A stretch of 62,219 nucleotides of DNA, the filler included, from Globobulimina sp. (Eukaryota), in assembly GCA_003354225.1 (NCBI GenBank). It is 22 parts of 22 records of this genome, joined end to end, with 100 filler letters (N's around TTAATTAATTAA, not from the genome) between each part and the next. Parts side by side here need not be neighbours in the genome. Positions count along the whole stretch, not along the records: positions 22,679 to 25,412 come from PIVH01005157.1; positions 25,513 to 28,245 come from PIVH01005158.1; positions 28,346 to 31,078 come from PIVH01005159.1; positions 31,179 to 33,910 come from PIVH01005160.1; positions 34,011 to 36,742 come from PIVH01005161.1; 17 more parts are not named here. One strand, written 5' to 3'. The notes beneath the pieces were generated by a model. It ran no database searches, had not been told where the DNA came from, and was given only the letters and a program-made list of their open reading frames with translations. Below are positions 23,883 through 35,857 of this stretch, one piece after another. The first letter of the stretch is position 1, and each line of letters opens with the position of its first letter. A program made the position numbers and the translations under genes.

Positions 23883-24365
23883 TCATATCAAATCATTGTC
23901 ATTGGCTAATTCTTTTTTTTCTTTTCTTTTTCTTTTTGCCTTTGCGTTTATTCTGTCCCTTTTGCTCTTTGCATCACCTTTTACCATTCCAGATTGTTTA
24001 TTTTTTTCCGTATAATGTCCGATAAGACTTAAACATTTCTTTTGTTTGTCATATTTAAATTGTACCTCTTCCATTCCATAAATACACGTACCATCATCTT
24101 TTGCAATTTTTGCTGATCCAAATATTAATGCCATACCAGATTGGGATATTTTTAATATGTTTGACTTTTTATTATTTTTCCAGCCACACATTTTGAATAT
24201 CATTTTAAAATTCTTTTTGTAAATTGTTCTAAATTCCCTTTGTTCGATTCCATGGACGGTAACGCACCGTCTATAACCCGTATTTTTCGCTTGTAATAAT
24301 TTATTTGTTTCCAATCCAAAATATCTCATTTTCGCCCGAAATGTGCTTTTATTTAATCGCTGCAT
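23883..24365 (-). CDS. Hypothetical basic protein
   Basis: 160-aa ORF with Lys/Arg-rich tail; may be linked by splicing to ORF 24388-25164. Confidence 0.5.
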   Translation of the reverse strand: MQRLNKSTFRAKMRYFGLETNKLLQAKNTGYRRCVTVHGIEQREFRTIYKKNFKMIFKMCGWKNNKKSNILKISQSGMALIFGSAKIAKDDGTCIYGMEEVQFKYDKQKKCLSLIGHYTEKNKQSGMVKGDAKSKRDRINAKAKRKRKEKKELANDNDLI

Positions 24366-24387
24366 ATTCTACAAAATCATATTATAA

Positions 24388-25164
24388 TCATTCAAAAGCA
24401 GAAAATATATACAAACATACCGTATATTTATCACTTTGCAAACAGTACAAATGTTTGTACAATCTTGCAGATACTGTTAATTTTGCAATCTTTTTCGTCA
24501 TTGTTGCCGCTTCGACGCGACTCATTATTAATGTCAATAGATCGTTACTCACCGCCCCGTCATAAATCTCAAATTCATCGTTTTTATCATTGCATAGCTT
24601 CAATGTTTCAATATTTTGATTTATATGCGATACTATATTAACCGCATGGGATTTTGATTGTGCTGCAAATAATTTCTTTTTATTATCCAATTTTTTTATA
24701 ATAACTAATTTGTTCTCATACGCCGATGCCGGATATGCGCAATAATCGCCTTCTTCAAACTCAGATACCGGATAATCTTTCATTGCCTCAAATGCTTGCT
24801 TTAATTCTTGGTAATACACAATTGATAAATCTTCGTGGTAATAATTAAAATAACCAACCACTTCTTCAATACGTGATTGCGATGTCAATAATGTCTCCGT
24901 TTCCCGTTGGAAGAATAATTTATCGTCTTCTTTGGCATTGAAGTTATTATAAAGTTTCTTTGTTTCTCGATCCACGATGAAAAACGACATTTCATTCGAT
25001 GTCAATGTTGCTAAATCTTCATCACGTTCACAAATTTCGCTCCATGATATACGTTTTGGTCGTATATCAGCAAAGAATGAAATCCCAAGGTATTCACGTT
25101 GTTCTGGTGGAGGGACTCGTGATCGTAGATAGTACGGTCGCTTTCTTAAAAGGTACTGCGACAT
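24388..25164 (-). CDS. Hypothetical protein
   Basis: Long ORF from ATG (MSQYLLRKRPY); no recognisable family. Confidence 0.55.
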   Translation of the reverse strand: MSQYLLRKRPYYLRSRVPPPEQREYLGISFFADIRPKRISWSEICERDEDLATLTSNEMSFFIVDRETKKLYNNFNAKEDDKLFFQRETETLLTSQSRIEEVVGYFNYYHEDLSIVYYQELKQAFEAMKDYPVSEFEEGDYCAYPASAYENKLVIIKKLDNKKKLFAAQSKSHAVNIVSHINQNIETLKLCNDKNDEFEIYDGAVSNDLLTLIMSRVEAATMTKKIAKLTVSARLYKHLYCLQSDKYTVCLYIFSAFE

Positions 25165-25512
25165 GGTACTGCGACTAAAAAAAAAGTTTTTGAAAATCCA
25201 TACAAAATCCATACAAAATCCATACAAAGTTTTTGGTCATAACTCAAGAAATAAAGGTTCGGAGAAGCTAAAACGTTGGGAGAGCACTAGTTTGAACAGA
25301 ATAAGTTATTTCACCTACTTTTTTTTTTGAAATGATGATTTTGAAAATTTGGTCATTTATTGTTTGCTGTACGGATTCTAAGAGCAAAAATCAAGATTTT
25401 CATGCCAAAGTGNNNNNNNNNNNNNNNNNNNNNNNNNNNNNNNNNNNNNNNNNNNNTTAATTAATTAANNNNNNNNNNNNNNNNNNNNNNNNNNNNNNNN
25501 NNNNNNNNNNNN

Positions 25513-27011
25513 ATATCGAATATTATGGGTATCCTGGAAATCTCGTGCAATCAAATACTATTTCATGTGGATATTCAACGTCAAATCCAACAGCAGCTCC
25601 AACCACTGATCCTCCAACAAAATATCCAACGTATGACCCAACCACTCGTCCAACTGCATTGCCATCAAAAACACCAACAACTTCGCCAACATATCAACCA
25701 TTAATATTGACAAATTGCATTGGGAGAATACGTTCAAGTTTAACGAGCTTACAAGTTGAATTTACAGAGCCTATGTTTGATGATAATGATGCTTTGAAAC
25801 GATATCCTCAATCCAGAGATATTAGGTATTTAATAAAAGTTAGCTCATTAATTGGTACCTATAGTAAAACGCAATTTGCATCCCATCCAAATCAAAGCTG
25901 TGTAGTTTTATTTACATTGGATGAAGGATATTTTGATATTGATACGACAATAATTACTGTCGAGATTGAAAGATATGAAAACGATGGAATATTGCCAATA
26001 ACATGTGATTTGATAACCAATTCTCCAACAAACGCACCAATAACTCCATCACCAACAAAGTTTCCAACGCAAATCAATCCATATGTTTATTTTGATATTA
26101 TTGAAAAAAATTGGGGGTTTGATGGAGAGTGTATTTTGGCTGATGATGATTGTGTGTGGTGTCCACCAATTTGCCCAATTAAACCAAATGGCGATGCAAA
26201 ATATATTCGTATTGTTCGTTATCCCGCAAACTTTAATTATTACATTGAAATTGACATTTCATTGCAATATTTGGCTGCTGACACAGGGCGTATTATGAGC
26301 AGAAGAAAATGGAGAGATTTATTTGAATCAAAAAGTGATGGAGACAATGATAAATATATTAAGGTGTATATTGCTGGTGGTGCTGATAATGAATTAGTAA
26401 TTGAATATTATTTAAAAAAACCATACTCCGATAATTCTTTTGAAGTACGAATTCATAATTGTCGAGTGGATGAATCAGATGGTGTGCCTCAAGAATTTGT
26501 AGTACCTCAAGCATTGCGTGGTCGATATAGTTGTTCATTGGGTAGTGAATATCCAGCAATTAGGGTTCAAGTCGATGAGTTAGAAGATGGTGCATTTGTG
26601 TCCAGGAAAAAAGGTGATATGCCAATGTGGATATGGTATCCAATTGTTTTTGTTGCTTTTGTGCTTCCATTTGCAGCATATTTAATTTTGAGATTTTATA
26701 ATGGTAAAAAAAGAGCAGAAGCAATGGAAATGATCAGAAAGTTTGAATTAAGTCAAGCAGAAATGCAAGATGATGTTGGTGAATTTGGTGTGATTGGTGA
26801 TCATATTGAAGCGAATCCGATGGCAAATGGTGGTGCATTTGAAGTGAGCAAAGAAGCTGTTATAATTAATACAAGGATGCAATTTGAAAAAATGAATTTT
26901 GAATTTGCGACGGTTGAAACTGAACATAATATTTTTAAACAAGATTTTGGTCCTGTTCAAGCTCAGAAAAATAATTTAGATATAAAATCAGGTTCAGAAG
27001 AAGCTAAATAA
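25513..27011 (+). CDS. Type I membrane protein with PT repeats, 5' truncated
   Basis: PTxxPT repeats, single TM helix (WIWYPIVFVAFVLPFAAYLIL) and cytoplasmic NPM motif. Confidence 0.75.
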
Positions 27012-27641
27012 ATTTTATTTTTTGTTTTCTCTGAACTTTCGTTTTAAATTATAATTTTATATACTATATTCTGGATAACTCGATTCAGATCGATTGCAAA
27101 CTACCTTCCTTGTAAGATTATAAATTTGTTCTGACTTTGTTCTGGATTTGCAAACCCAAGACAAAACCGTTTTTGGATTTGCAAAGCGTTTCTCAGATAA
27201 TTGAATTAAATGTATACAACTTATCGACCAGTGGGGGTTATCTTTTGGTATATCGTTAAAGTAACTAGAAACAAACACCTAAACTTTTTAATTTTAGGCA
27301 TTTCAATCATCACAGAAGCATGCCTGGCTCTTTAGGTAGAAGTAGATCATCATAGTGTATGGAGGTAATTCGTGTAAATCGCGGAATATTAATAGATGGA
27401 TACATACGTCACTTACAAGAAACTGATATGAAACATACCATAATACCCTTAGATATTAACACAATTTGTTATAAATATTATCATGTTCCTGGTCGATGTT
27501 TATTTCTCTTTGAACTGGCACCTAGAATCTCAAAGCCTGATCCATTTCATTATGACTTTTGTTCAGAAACTCCATCAGATCAGAAACCAATATAGAAACA
27601 GAAACAATTAACACTGGAGACAGAAACAGAAACATAAATCA

Positions 27642-28202
27642 TTGGCATCTCATAATGGATTAAGCGAAATCATTACTATCAGAGATGTAGTAAGAATTGA
27701 AAGCCTCGGAATTGAAGGCGTTGTAAAGTTTATTGGACAGATTGATAATGAAATTGGTATTTATTATGGGATTGAATTAAATAAATCCTATCCAAATATT
27801 GATGCCACAAATGATGGATGTATAGAGAATAAATATTATTTGCCTAAAACAGAAAAGAATAAAGCAATATTTGTGCAGAAACAAGCAATTGTTAATATTT
27901 ATAGTTGTGATGTTCGAATCGCAGTGGGTGATATCGTCAGAGTGGATAAGTATGCGTGTAACGGAGTTATTCGGTTTATTGGATATACGCAGTTTAAGGA
28001 AGACACAATTTGGTATGGTGTGCAGTTAGAAAAGGCAAAAGGTAAAAATAATGGAAGTGTAGCAGGACATAAATATTTTGAATGTGCAATCAAAAGCTGT
28101 TCAATTGATGGAATCAAGCAAGTACATTTTGAGATATTCTTAAATTATTTGTTTTTTTTGTGTTTTCCATTGAATATGGAAGTTTTTTTTTTTTTTGGTT
28201 AA
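27642..28202 (+). CDS. Tandem CAP-Gly domain protein
   Basis: GVVKFIG...YYGIEL...NDG and GVIRFIG...WYGVQL...GKNNGSV..HKYFEC. Confidence 0.85.
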   Translation: MASHNGLSEIITIRDVVRIESLGIEGVVKFIGQIDNEIGIYYGIELNKSYPNIDATNDGCIENKYYLPKTEKNKAIFVQKQAIVNIYSCDVRIAVGDIVRVDKYACNGVIRFIGYTQFKEDTIWYGVQLEKAKGKNNGSVAGHKYFECAIKSCSIDGIKQVHFEIFLNYLFFLCFPLNMEVFFFFG

Positions 28203-28400
28203 TATTAATGTACATATTTGGAAACAAATTCTTTATTGAAAACCCNNNNNNNNNNNNNNNNNNNNNNNNNNNNNNNNNNNNNNNNNNNNTTAATTAATTA
28301 ANNNNNNNNNNNNNNNNNNNNNNNNNNNNNNNNNNNNNNNNNNNNGTTGGAATCGAATGAACCACAGTTTTTAGTTAAAATAAAATTACAATGGTAGGTC

Positions 28401-28522
28401 TCCATTGCAGTCACAACAGATCGGATTTCAACTTTTGAGCAATTAACTCCAAAAGTTGAAGTCCGATCACCACAATGAAAATTAGCTCAATAGTTGTGTC
28501 TGCAGTGTGTGACTGCAGTGGA
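28401..28522 (+). other. Nested inverted repeats (candidate structured ncRNA or MITE)
   Basis: 15-bp outer stem 28401-28415/28508-28522 and 19-bp inner stem 28419-28437/28450-28468. Confidence 0.6.
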
Positions 28523-28772
28523 ATGGGAACAGAGAAAACAAACAATTGTGCGTCCAAGGTTTCAGCACTGAACGTGAACGTAACATTTGTTTTCTAGATT
28601 TATTTATTCATATGGCTTTCTGGATGGAGGGAATGATTTATGGGAAAAACATGAAAAGAGCGTCTGAAAAAGATATATGATATCTAAACTAAGATGTATC
28701 CAGATACTCATAACGATGGGAAAAACAATAAAAAACAAAAACATTGAAAACGAGATTTTCTTTTAATTACAC

Positions 28773-29981
28773 CTATTTCAACCCGGTGCTGGATGACAGT
28801 GAATATCGCTTACGCGTTTCAGATTTTCTATTTACACCGCCCATTAACTGATCAATGACAGTTTGATTATTTTGATAAAACTTCTGTCGATTAAACGACA
28901 TTACACTGACTGCGTTTACTTCCTCCTCCTCCTCATCATCATTATTTTTCATTTTTGTGACTGCCCAACTTGTCCCTATTTTGGAGGATTCATGACAATA
29001 AATTATATATCCATAAATCATCCAAATTATATGTGTGACCACAAAAAAGGCAGCATATATCCTCACAAAATACCAATCGATTTCATTCCAATATTGGCTG
29101 TAATCATCTTCAGTCTCTTCCCATCCAACAATAACAACCTCCAATGCCGCACATAACAAAAAAGCAAAGATATACAAATTATACTTATCAACCAATGTTA
29201 GATAGGGAACAGTCGGAATAATCGCATTTATTACAAATTGAAAAGCGACCACAGCTAAAACCATAGTAACTGCATACCCAATCGATCAGCAGTTGAATAG
29301 AATGGAATTGAAAACATAAATAATGATAATATTCCTAGCAAACACATCCATACAATCACGCGGATAATAATAGGTTTTGCTCTGTATATATAGCGTTGTT
29401 GTAGATTTATTCTATAATTTATACAGAAATATACTCAAAACCTTCGCTGAACCTGTAATCTAAAACACATTCGTGGCCTTTTTCCAATCAACCATTTGTA
29501 CATAGCAATCCAAGTAAGATAAGAACCACTCCGCTTTAATCGACAAATATGTAGTTTCGATTCGAAAGAAATTATCAAACAAATGACTGGGCACAAACAC
29601 TAAGTCCTGAACATCAAAGGGGAAGTTTTTGACTGCAAATTCCTGTGTCCATACACAAAAATATTCAATTCGACGAAAATTATAATATTTGCCTGACTTT
29701 TCATCAAAATGTAATTTGATCTCATTACCATTCGCCCATTTTTTATAATTTACTTCTTTTTCAATCACATTTCGAGGATCTATTCGAGGAATACGTTGTG
29801 GAGCATATGTATCTGGTGAGCGGTTACCGTTTTTTATATCTTGCTCTGATGCTTCCCAATCCATATCCAGTGTAGCACGGACTTTATAGACTTGATTAAC
29901 TGTGTCAATCACATCGATTTGGTCAATGCGAAATCGTAGGCCTACTTCAACTCGCTCCAACAGTAATGATTTCACCTCCAT
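28773..29981 (-). pseudogene. Cys-less (Pro-loop) pentameric ligand-gated ion channel subunit with two apparent frameshifts
   Basis: IDVIDTVNQ...LDMDW, NFPFDVQDL, ADRLG, IPTVPYLTLVDKY. Frameshifts near 29460 and 29280, and an intron at ~29383-29441. Confidence 0.75.
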
Positions 29982-30039
29982 AAATATATATAGAGCCTAA
30001 AAACATTTTAACTTCAAGTGTGACACTGGTTTTTTTTGC

Positions 30040-31078
30040 ATGGCTTCTGAAGAAACAGACTCTCAATCAGCAACAGACGATGATTTTAAAACTAATTTGA
30101 AATTAGAAAGGCCACCAGGTTTACCTCGAATTGTGTCGCAAGATGATTTATCCATAAAATCAGTGCAGAAAAAAACTAAAAAAAAACTGTATCCATTGAC
30201 TCCAAATCCAACATCAAATACAAAAAAAAAGCGAAATAAAAAAACAGTCCAAAACAACAAGAACAAAGACCAAAAAATATTAGAATTGGAGGCAAAAATT
30301 AAATCCCTGACCAGAGATAATCGAGTCATTCAACGCAAATTAGAAAAAATCGAAGTAAGCACAGGGAAAAAGCAAAAAAAAATGGACACTGAGCGTGAAA
30401 TGAGGTTGGCAGCAAACAAAGAACGGTTTACATTACAAACCAAATTATCCAAATTACAGAAAAATATCTCAGTTCGCTTGAAATTATTAGGCGTTGATTT
30501 CAGTCAAATTGATGATATCACCACGGCATTGGATTTAGCTTTCAATGTCATACAAAAATTAGCCAAACAACTACAGGAAAAAGAGGAAGAATTAAATTCT
30601 GTAAAAACGAAATTAATTTGCTATAACAACATGAAACCACAAATCAATGAATTGAGGCAAACCAATAATAATTTGAATGAAAATCAACAACAATTAACTG
30701 CACAAATTAATGCATTGACAGAAGCAAATCATGATTTTATTCAAAATGAAGAGAAATCAACGCAACAAATCAATGAATTACAAGAAAATGCGACATTGTT
30801 TAACAATGATTTGGAAGCATTAAAACAGGAAAATATGAAATTAGTTCAACAAAACGAAGCTTTGTTAAGCAGTAAAACTGAGATTGACATGGATTTGAAT
30901 CGCTTAAAAGGGACAGAAACGATATTACAAAATGATTTGAATGAAGTTAATGTAAAATATAAAACATTGGAAAATAAATTGAAAGCAATGGATGACGAAA
31001 AAGAAAAAGAGAGAAAATATATGGATCGGATTAGTGTGTTACAGGAAGAAATTGAAGGGAGGGATAAATTGATTGCAT
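30040..31078 (+). CDS. Long coiled-coil protein, 3' truncated
   Basis: Heptad-rich E/K/Q/L composition over more than 250 aa. Confidence 0.7.
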
Positions 31079-31799
31079 NNNNNNNNNNNNNNNNNNNNNN
31101 NNNNNNNNNNNNNNNNNNNNNNTTAATTAATTAANNNNNNNNNNNNNNNNNNNNNNNNNNNNNNNNNNNNNNNNNNNNGGAACTCAGGCAGTGCGCGGGA
31201 AATAGGAGCTACTCCGAGGCAGCCAGCTTGTTTGACGCCATGGCGGACGCTGACTGCTCGCGCAAAGACCGGCAATTCGAGGCACTTATCCACAGAGAGG
31301 CGGCGTGCAGATTGATGCGGTCGTAGAGATGCTGCGACGTGCCCACGTTTGGGCGCGCGGTGGGAAGATCGAAAAGAGGGGAAAAGCGGGGAACCACGAA
31401 CCCATTTCTGTCATCTCGACCGGGGTGGATGTACGCCCTCCTGAACCGAAAAAATTACATCCACAGTTAATAAAAAACATCCTGTGATAATTTTGAACAT
31501 CACTCTTCAACAAGAGCGGAATTAATTATTCCCTTTGTTTGTCTTAGATTTGGTATACACTTTGTTTTCGGTTATTTTTGCATAATGCCAGATTTGTATG
31601 TTTATTTTAGCATATTCCAGATATATACTTTGGTAATTTGAGCACATGAAACTGAGCACATGATTTAACATATTATAACTTGTTTTCCTATCTTCACACT
31701 TAACTCAGCTACTTGCTTAGAAGCAACCAGAGATACTTTCTTTTTTTCAGGAATTCCGTATTCCAACGTCTAACATATAATATTCTAATTATTTCTACA

Positions 31800-33910
31800 A
31801 TGGCAACAGCAATAACCGCATTCAATTCAGTGGAAGGTTTATTGGGTCATTTAGATGATGAAGATAACCAAGTAATTGAATCCTCATTGCAATCCTTAGT
31901 AGATTTAATCCCTTACCATTGGGCAGAAATTGCCGACGAACTCACCAAAATTGAAGCCTTATCCGAAGACGACGACTTTCCATTTAGTAAATTAGCCTCG
32001 TTATTAGCGTCCAAAATATTTTTCCATATCCAATCCTATGAAGATTCACTTAACCACGCTTTATGTGCTGGGGACTTATTTAATGTCACTGAATCCTCTG
32101 ATTATGTCAAGAAATTAACAGGTTTTTACATATACACACACTTCCATCCTTGCACTCGTTTCCATACACAAACACACTGAAACATCCACAGAGCAATGCA
32201 TTGATTGTTATAGAACGTACAAGCAAACAGAATACAAAAACAAACAAGAAAGGCAGCAATTCTCCAAAGACAATGACGAGGACAGCGATTCAGACGACGA
32301 TGACGACGAAGGCAGCGATGCAAATATGGAAAATAATGAATTAAAAACCATGGACACTGAGTCGGAGGAGATCGATCCGCGTAAAATCAAAATTGTAGAA
32401 CAAGTGTTTGAATTTTGTTACGAAACCGGCGATTTTAAGCACGCCATTGGCATTGCCATTGAATGTCGAAGACTTGACAGAGTACAACAAGCCATTCAAT
32501 TGTCTGGTATGTAGCGCCTACATTACACTGCGAATTTGCGTGCACTGTGCACAGCAAACGACCGCCAATCCCCTGCAATACACAGCTGGCAAAGCGGAAA
32601 TGTTAATGCATTGTTTCAATTTATGTGAAACTGTCATCAATTCTCGCACCTTTCGAGACGAGATCTTGCGATTAATAGTGTCCTTATTCAGCAGTGGCAG
32701 TCAAGGCAATTACAACACGATTTGCCGCTGTTACTTTTATTTGGATGATACCAAGCCAATCAGTGACATATTATGGACTTTAATCAATAGCCAATCGGAC
32801 AACGACAAGACTGACACCAATCAATTGACTGCCTACCAAATCGCCTTTGATTTGACTGAATATCAAAATGACGCCTTTCTACGTGGCATTTTCAACAACA
32901 TCCCACGTCCTCCATACTCGCAATTATACCCCGAACAGAAAAAGAAAGCGCTCCCACCGCCGCCACAAGCACAGGCATTGCCAATCCCGCTCCCAGAACA
33001 AGCAGAGGACCAAGCCGCCGATATCGGCGCCACCTCTCTCAACGACGATGAGCACGACGAGCACGACACAGATATGAAGGAAACAGAGGATAAGAGCCAA
33101 TATTGGGAGGACGCCTTACTTACCAAATGGCAGCAATTGAAATCCATCCTATTGGGCGAGATCATCATCCCCAAATACTTGGATTTCTTATTCCGCAATT
33201 CGCGCAGCGACCTGTTGATCTTGAAAAAGATCAAAGACGGCATCTCCGAACGAAACAGCGTGTTGAATAACAGCCTGATTTGCTGCAACGGCATCATGCA
33301 TTGCGGCACCACCATCGACCAGTTCTTGCGCGACAATTTGGAGTGGATGGGGCGCGCTGCCCATTGGAGCAAATTCACCGCCACGGCCTCGGTGGGCATG
33401 ATCCATAACAAGCATTTGAGCGAAAGCATGAACATATTACAGCGCTACTTGCCGGGCAGCGGCGGCGGCCCTTACCAGGAAGGCGGCGCCTTATATGCGT
33501 TGGGCTTGATCCATGTGGGCGACAACAGCGATTTGACCTGTTTGAGTATCCGTTCCTATCTGTTGAAACACTTAAAATCGGCGTCCAATGAGATCTTGCA
33601 GCACGGCTCCTGTTTAGGTTTAGGATTAGCGGCCTTTGGCTACGGTACTCAGAGCGGTGCGGGCGGCGTATTGACCGCTGACGACGACGACGATGATGAG
33701 GACAGCGACGAAGACGAAGACGCCGAGAATGAGCCACAAGCGCTGCCTCCGCAGATCACCGACACACAGGCTCAGCCGTCGGAGGACAGTGTGGGGCCCT
33801 CCGCCTCCGAGATCTTGACTGAAATTCGCAACGTCTTGTTCCAAGACCGGGCGGTGCCGGGCGAGGCTGCCGGGTTGGCACTGGGGTTGATTTTATGCGG
33901 CAGTGGGAAT
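31800..33910 (+). CDS. RPN2: 26S proteasome regulatory subunit RPN2/PSMD1 (introns 32122-32191, 32507-32585), 3' truncated
   Basis: HWAEIAD, LASKIFFH, GIAIECRRLD, AYQIAFDL, GTTIDQFLRDNLEW...WSKFTATASVG, YQEGGALYALGLIH. Confidence 0.97.
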
Positions 33911-34010
33911 NNNNNNNNNNNNNNNNNNNNNNNNNNNNNNNNNNNNNNNNNNNNTTAATTAATTAANNNNNNNNNNNNNNNNNNNNNNNNNNNNNNNNNN
34001 NNNNNNNNNN

Positions 34011-34520
34011 AATTTGATCCGGCACAAGTTGTTGAGATAACACTTTTATAGCTTTTATTTTTAATGGCGATTGGCCTAAATCAATAACACCGAATTGCAA
34101 TTTGGATAAAAATGCCGGTTTCACCGCATCCAATATAGGATTGGCGTGCATCCGCAATGTTTTCTCAATGCATTCAGCCAATGAGGACCATAATATTTCG
34201 ATTGCATTATTTAAAAAGCGACATTTTTCCCATTCTCCGAATTTTACCCACTTTGGTATCTCACCGATTAAATGGTGGATCAAATCCGGATCTTTGTCGT
34301 AATGGATATATTTTGCTGTGAGTCGAGATTTTATGTCTTCGATTTGGTTCCAATGTGAATATAAAAGTAAGTAACCGACCACTGCTGTTATATAATGATT
34401 GCATTGGAAATATCCAAGATAATATATAAAAAATACTAACGTAAAAATACGAATATACTGAGATTCGCACCATAAATATGTGACATGTCGGATGACGGTT
34501 GAAATATTAACATTTGACAT
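34011..34520 (-). CDS. Extended synaptotagmin/tricalbin-like SMP-domain protein, N-terminal part
   Basis: TM hairpin followed by IPKWVKF.EWEKCRFLNNAIEILW and IDLGQSPLKI. Confidence 0.85.
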
Positions 34521-34587
34521 TGCTTTTTTTTGAATTAATTAATTATGAGATTAATTATGTTGCAATTGATCCGATATACAGCTAAAT

Positions 34588-35652
34588 GTGAAAGAGAATG
34601 AGATTTATTTGCCAGATTTTTTTGAAAACAAATTAGAAAATCAGATCACTAGAAGTTTGGAAGCCAAATGGAAAGCAATCCAACGCCGAACAGATCGACA
34701 GATTCAAGAGTTGAAATCGCAGAGATTGGAGGAAGAGGGAAACAAAGAGAGAGCAGAAGAGAATTTGAAGCAATATAAGGCCAAAGCAAAGGTGATATTA
34801 CAAAAACAAAAAGATGAGCTCAACGCAGCCAATGTGGCGGTGAAAGAGTTGGAAGCATATCGCGAGGAAGCAAGCGCATTAAAACAGCAATTATCCAAGT
34901 TATCGTCGGCAAAATATAAGGAAATCGACAAGAATTTATCCAAACAAAAAAGCGATTTACAAGATAAGAAATTGGAATTGGCTGAAATACGAAGCAAATT
35001 ATTATTAAAAGAACGCCAATTAACGATAATTCAACAAGAATTTGAGAAAGAAAAAGATGAAATTGGATTGGAATTTGAGTCTCAAAAAATGAGTTCAAAG
35101 AAGAACTATGCTAAAAAATTAGAGGATTATCGGATTCGCGCAAGAGAAATGTTGCAGGAAAAGGACAAACAATTAGCCATCGCAAGGGCGCGATTACAAA
35201 GTAATGCCAATGCTGCTGTATATGCGCTGGATAAAGAGACGCAAACTGAGCATGAGAATAATTACACAAACATATTGACATCGGATATTACACAAATGGG
35301 TCGAATGCAAGCATCAAGGGATCAAAAAGTGCGCGAAATTGAAGATAGATTGCGAAGATTGCAAGAATTATTAAATACATCCGAGGAAGAACAGAAACGT
35401 AAAGATTCGGAATTAAATTATTTAAAATCGAAATTTGAACAAATGGAACAAGCAAAAGATGTTAAGAAAAGTGCAGACAATTCGCAATATTTAAAAAATG
35501 CATTGTTACAATATTTTGATGGCATAATCGATATAAATCAATTGGTTTCTGTCGTTGCTGTTGGTTTAAGATTTAATCCCGATGAACATAAAAAAGCACA
35601 AAATAGTAAATTAATTGTTGGATATGTTAAATCATGGCCATGGTGGGGATAA
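34588..35652 (+). CDS. GRIP-domain golgin (start unresolved)
   Basis: Coiled coil ending in QYLKNALLQYF...LRFNPDE...SWPWWG. Confidence 0.8.
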   Translation: MKENEIYLPDFFENKLENQITRSLEAKWKAIQRRTDRQIQELKSQRLEEEGNKERAEENLKQYKAKAKVILQKQKDELNAANVAVKELEAYREEASALKQQLSKLSSAKYKEIDKNLSKQKSDLQDKKLELAEIRSKLLLKERQLTIIQQEFEKEKDEIGLEFESQKMSSKKNYAKKLEDYRIRAREMLQEKDKQLAIARARLQSNANAAVYALDKETQTEHENNYTNILTSDITQMGRMQASRDQKVREIEDRLRRLQELLNTSEEEQKRKDSELNYLKSKFEQMEQAKDVKKSADNSQYLKNALLQYFDGIIDINQLVSVVAVGLRFNPDEHKKAQNSKLIVGYVKSWPWWG

Positions 35653-35857
35653 TAAGCCTATATAAGGAATATTTCTTTTGTGACTTTCGTGATTGATGTT
35701 TTAATAAATTTTAAACAGCTTTTTTTATAAACTGCACGAATGTGCAGAGGATAGTAACTCTCAAAGTACTTTTTTTTTCCGTCTTTCTTCAATTTGGCAC
35801 AGACTCAGAAAAAAAACGATTGCCAAATTAATTTGAGTAAAAACATCGGTTTTGTTT

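Noticed and set aside
31179-31513. GC-rich short ORFs before RPN2
   Set aside because: No consistent frame or recognisable motif, so no assignment is possible.
32863-33844. Antisense and overlapping ORFs here and inside other long genes
   Set aside because: They are shadow frames of well-supported genes and have no motifs.
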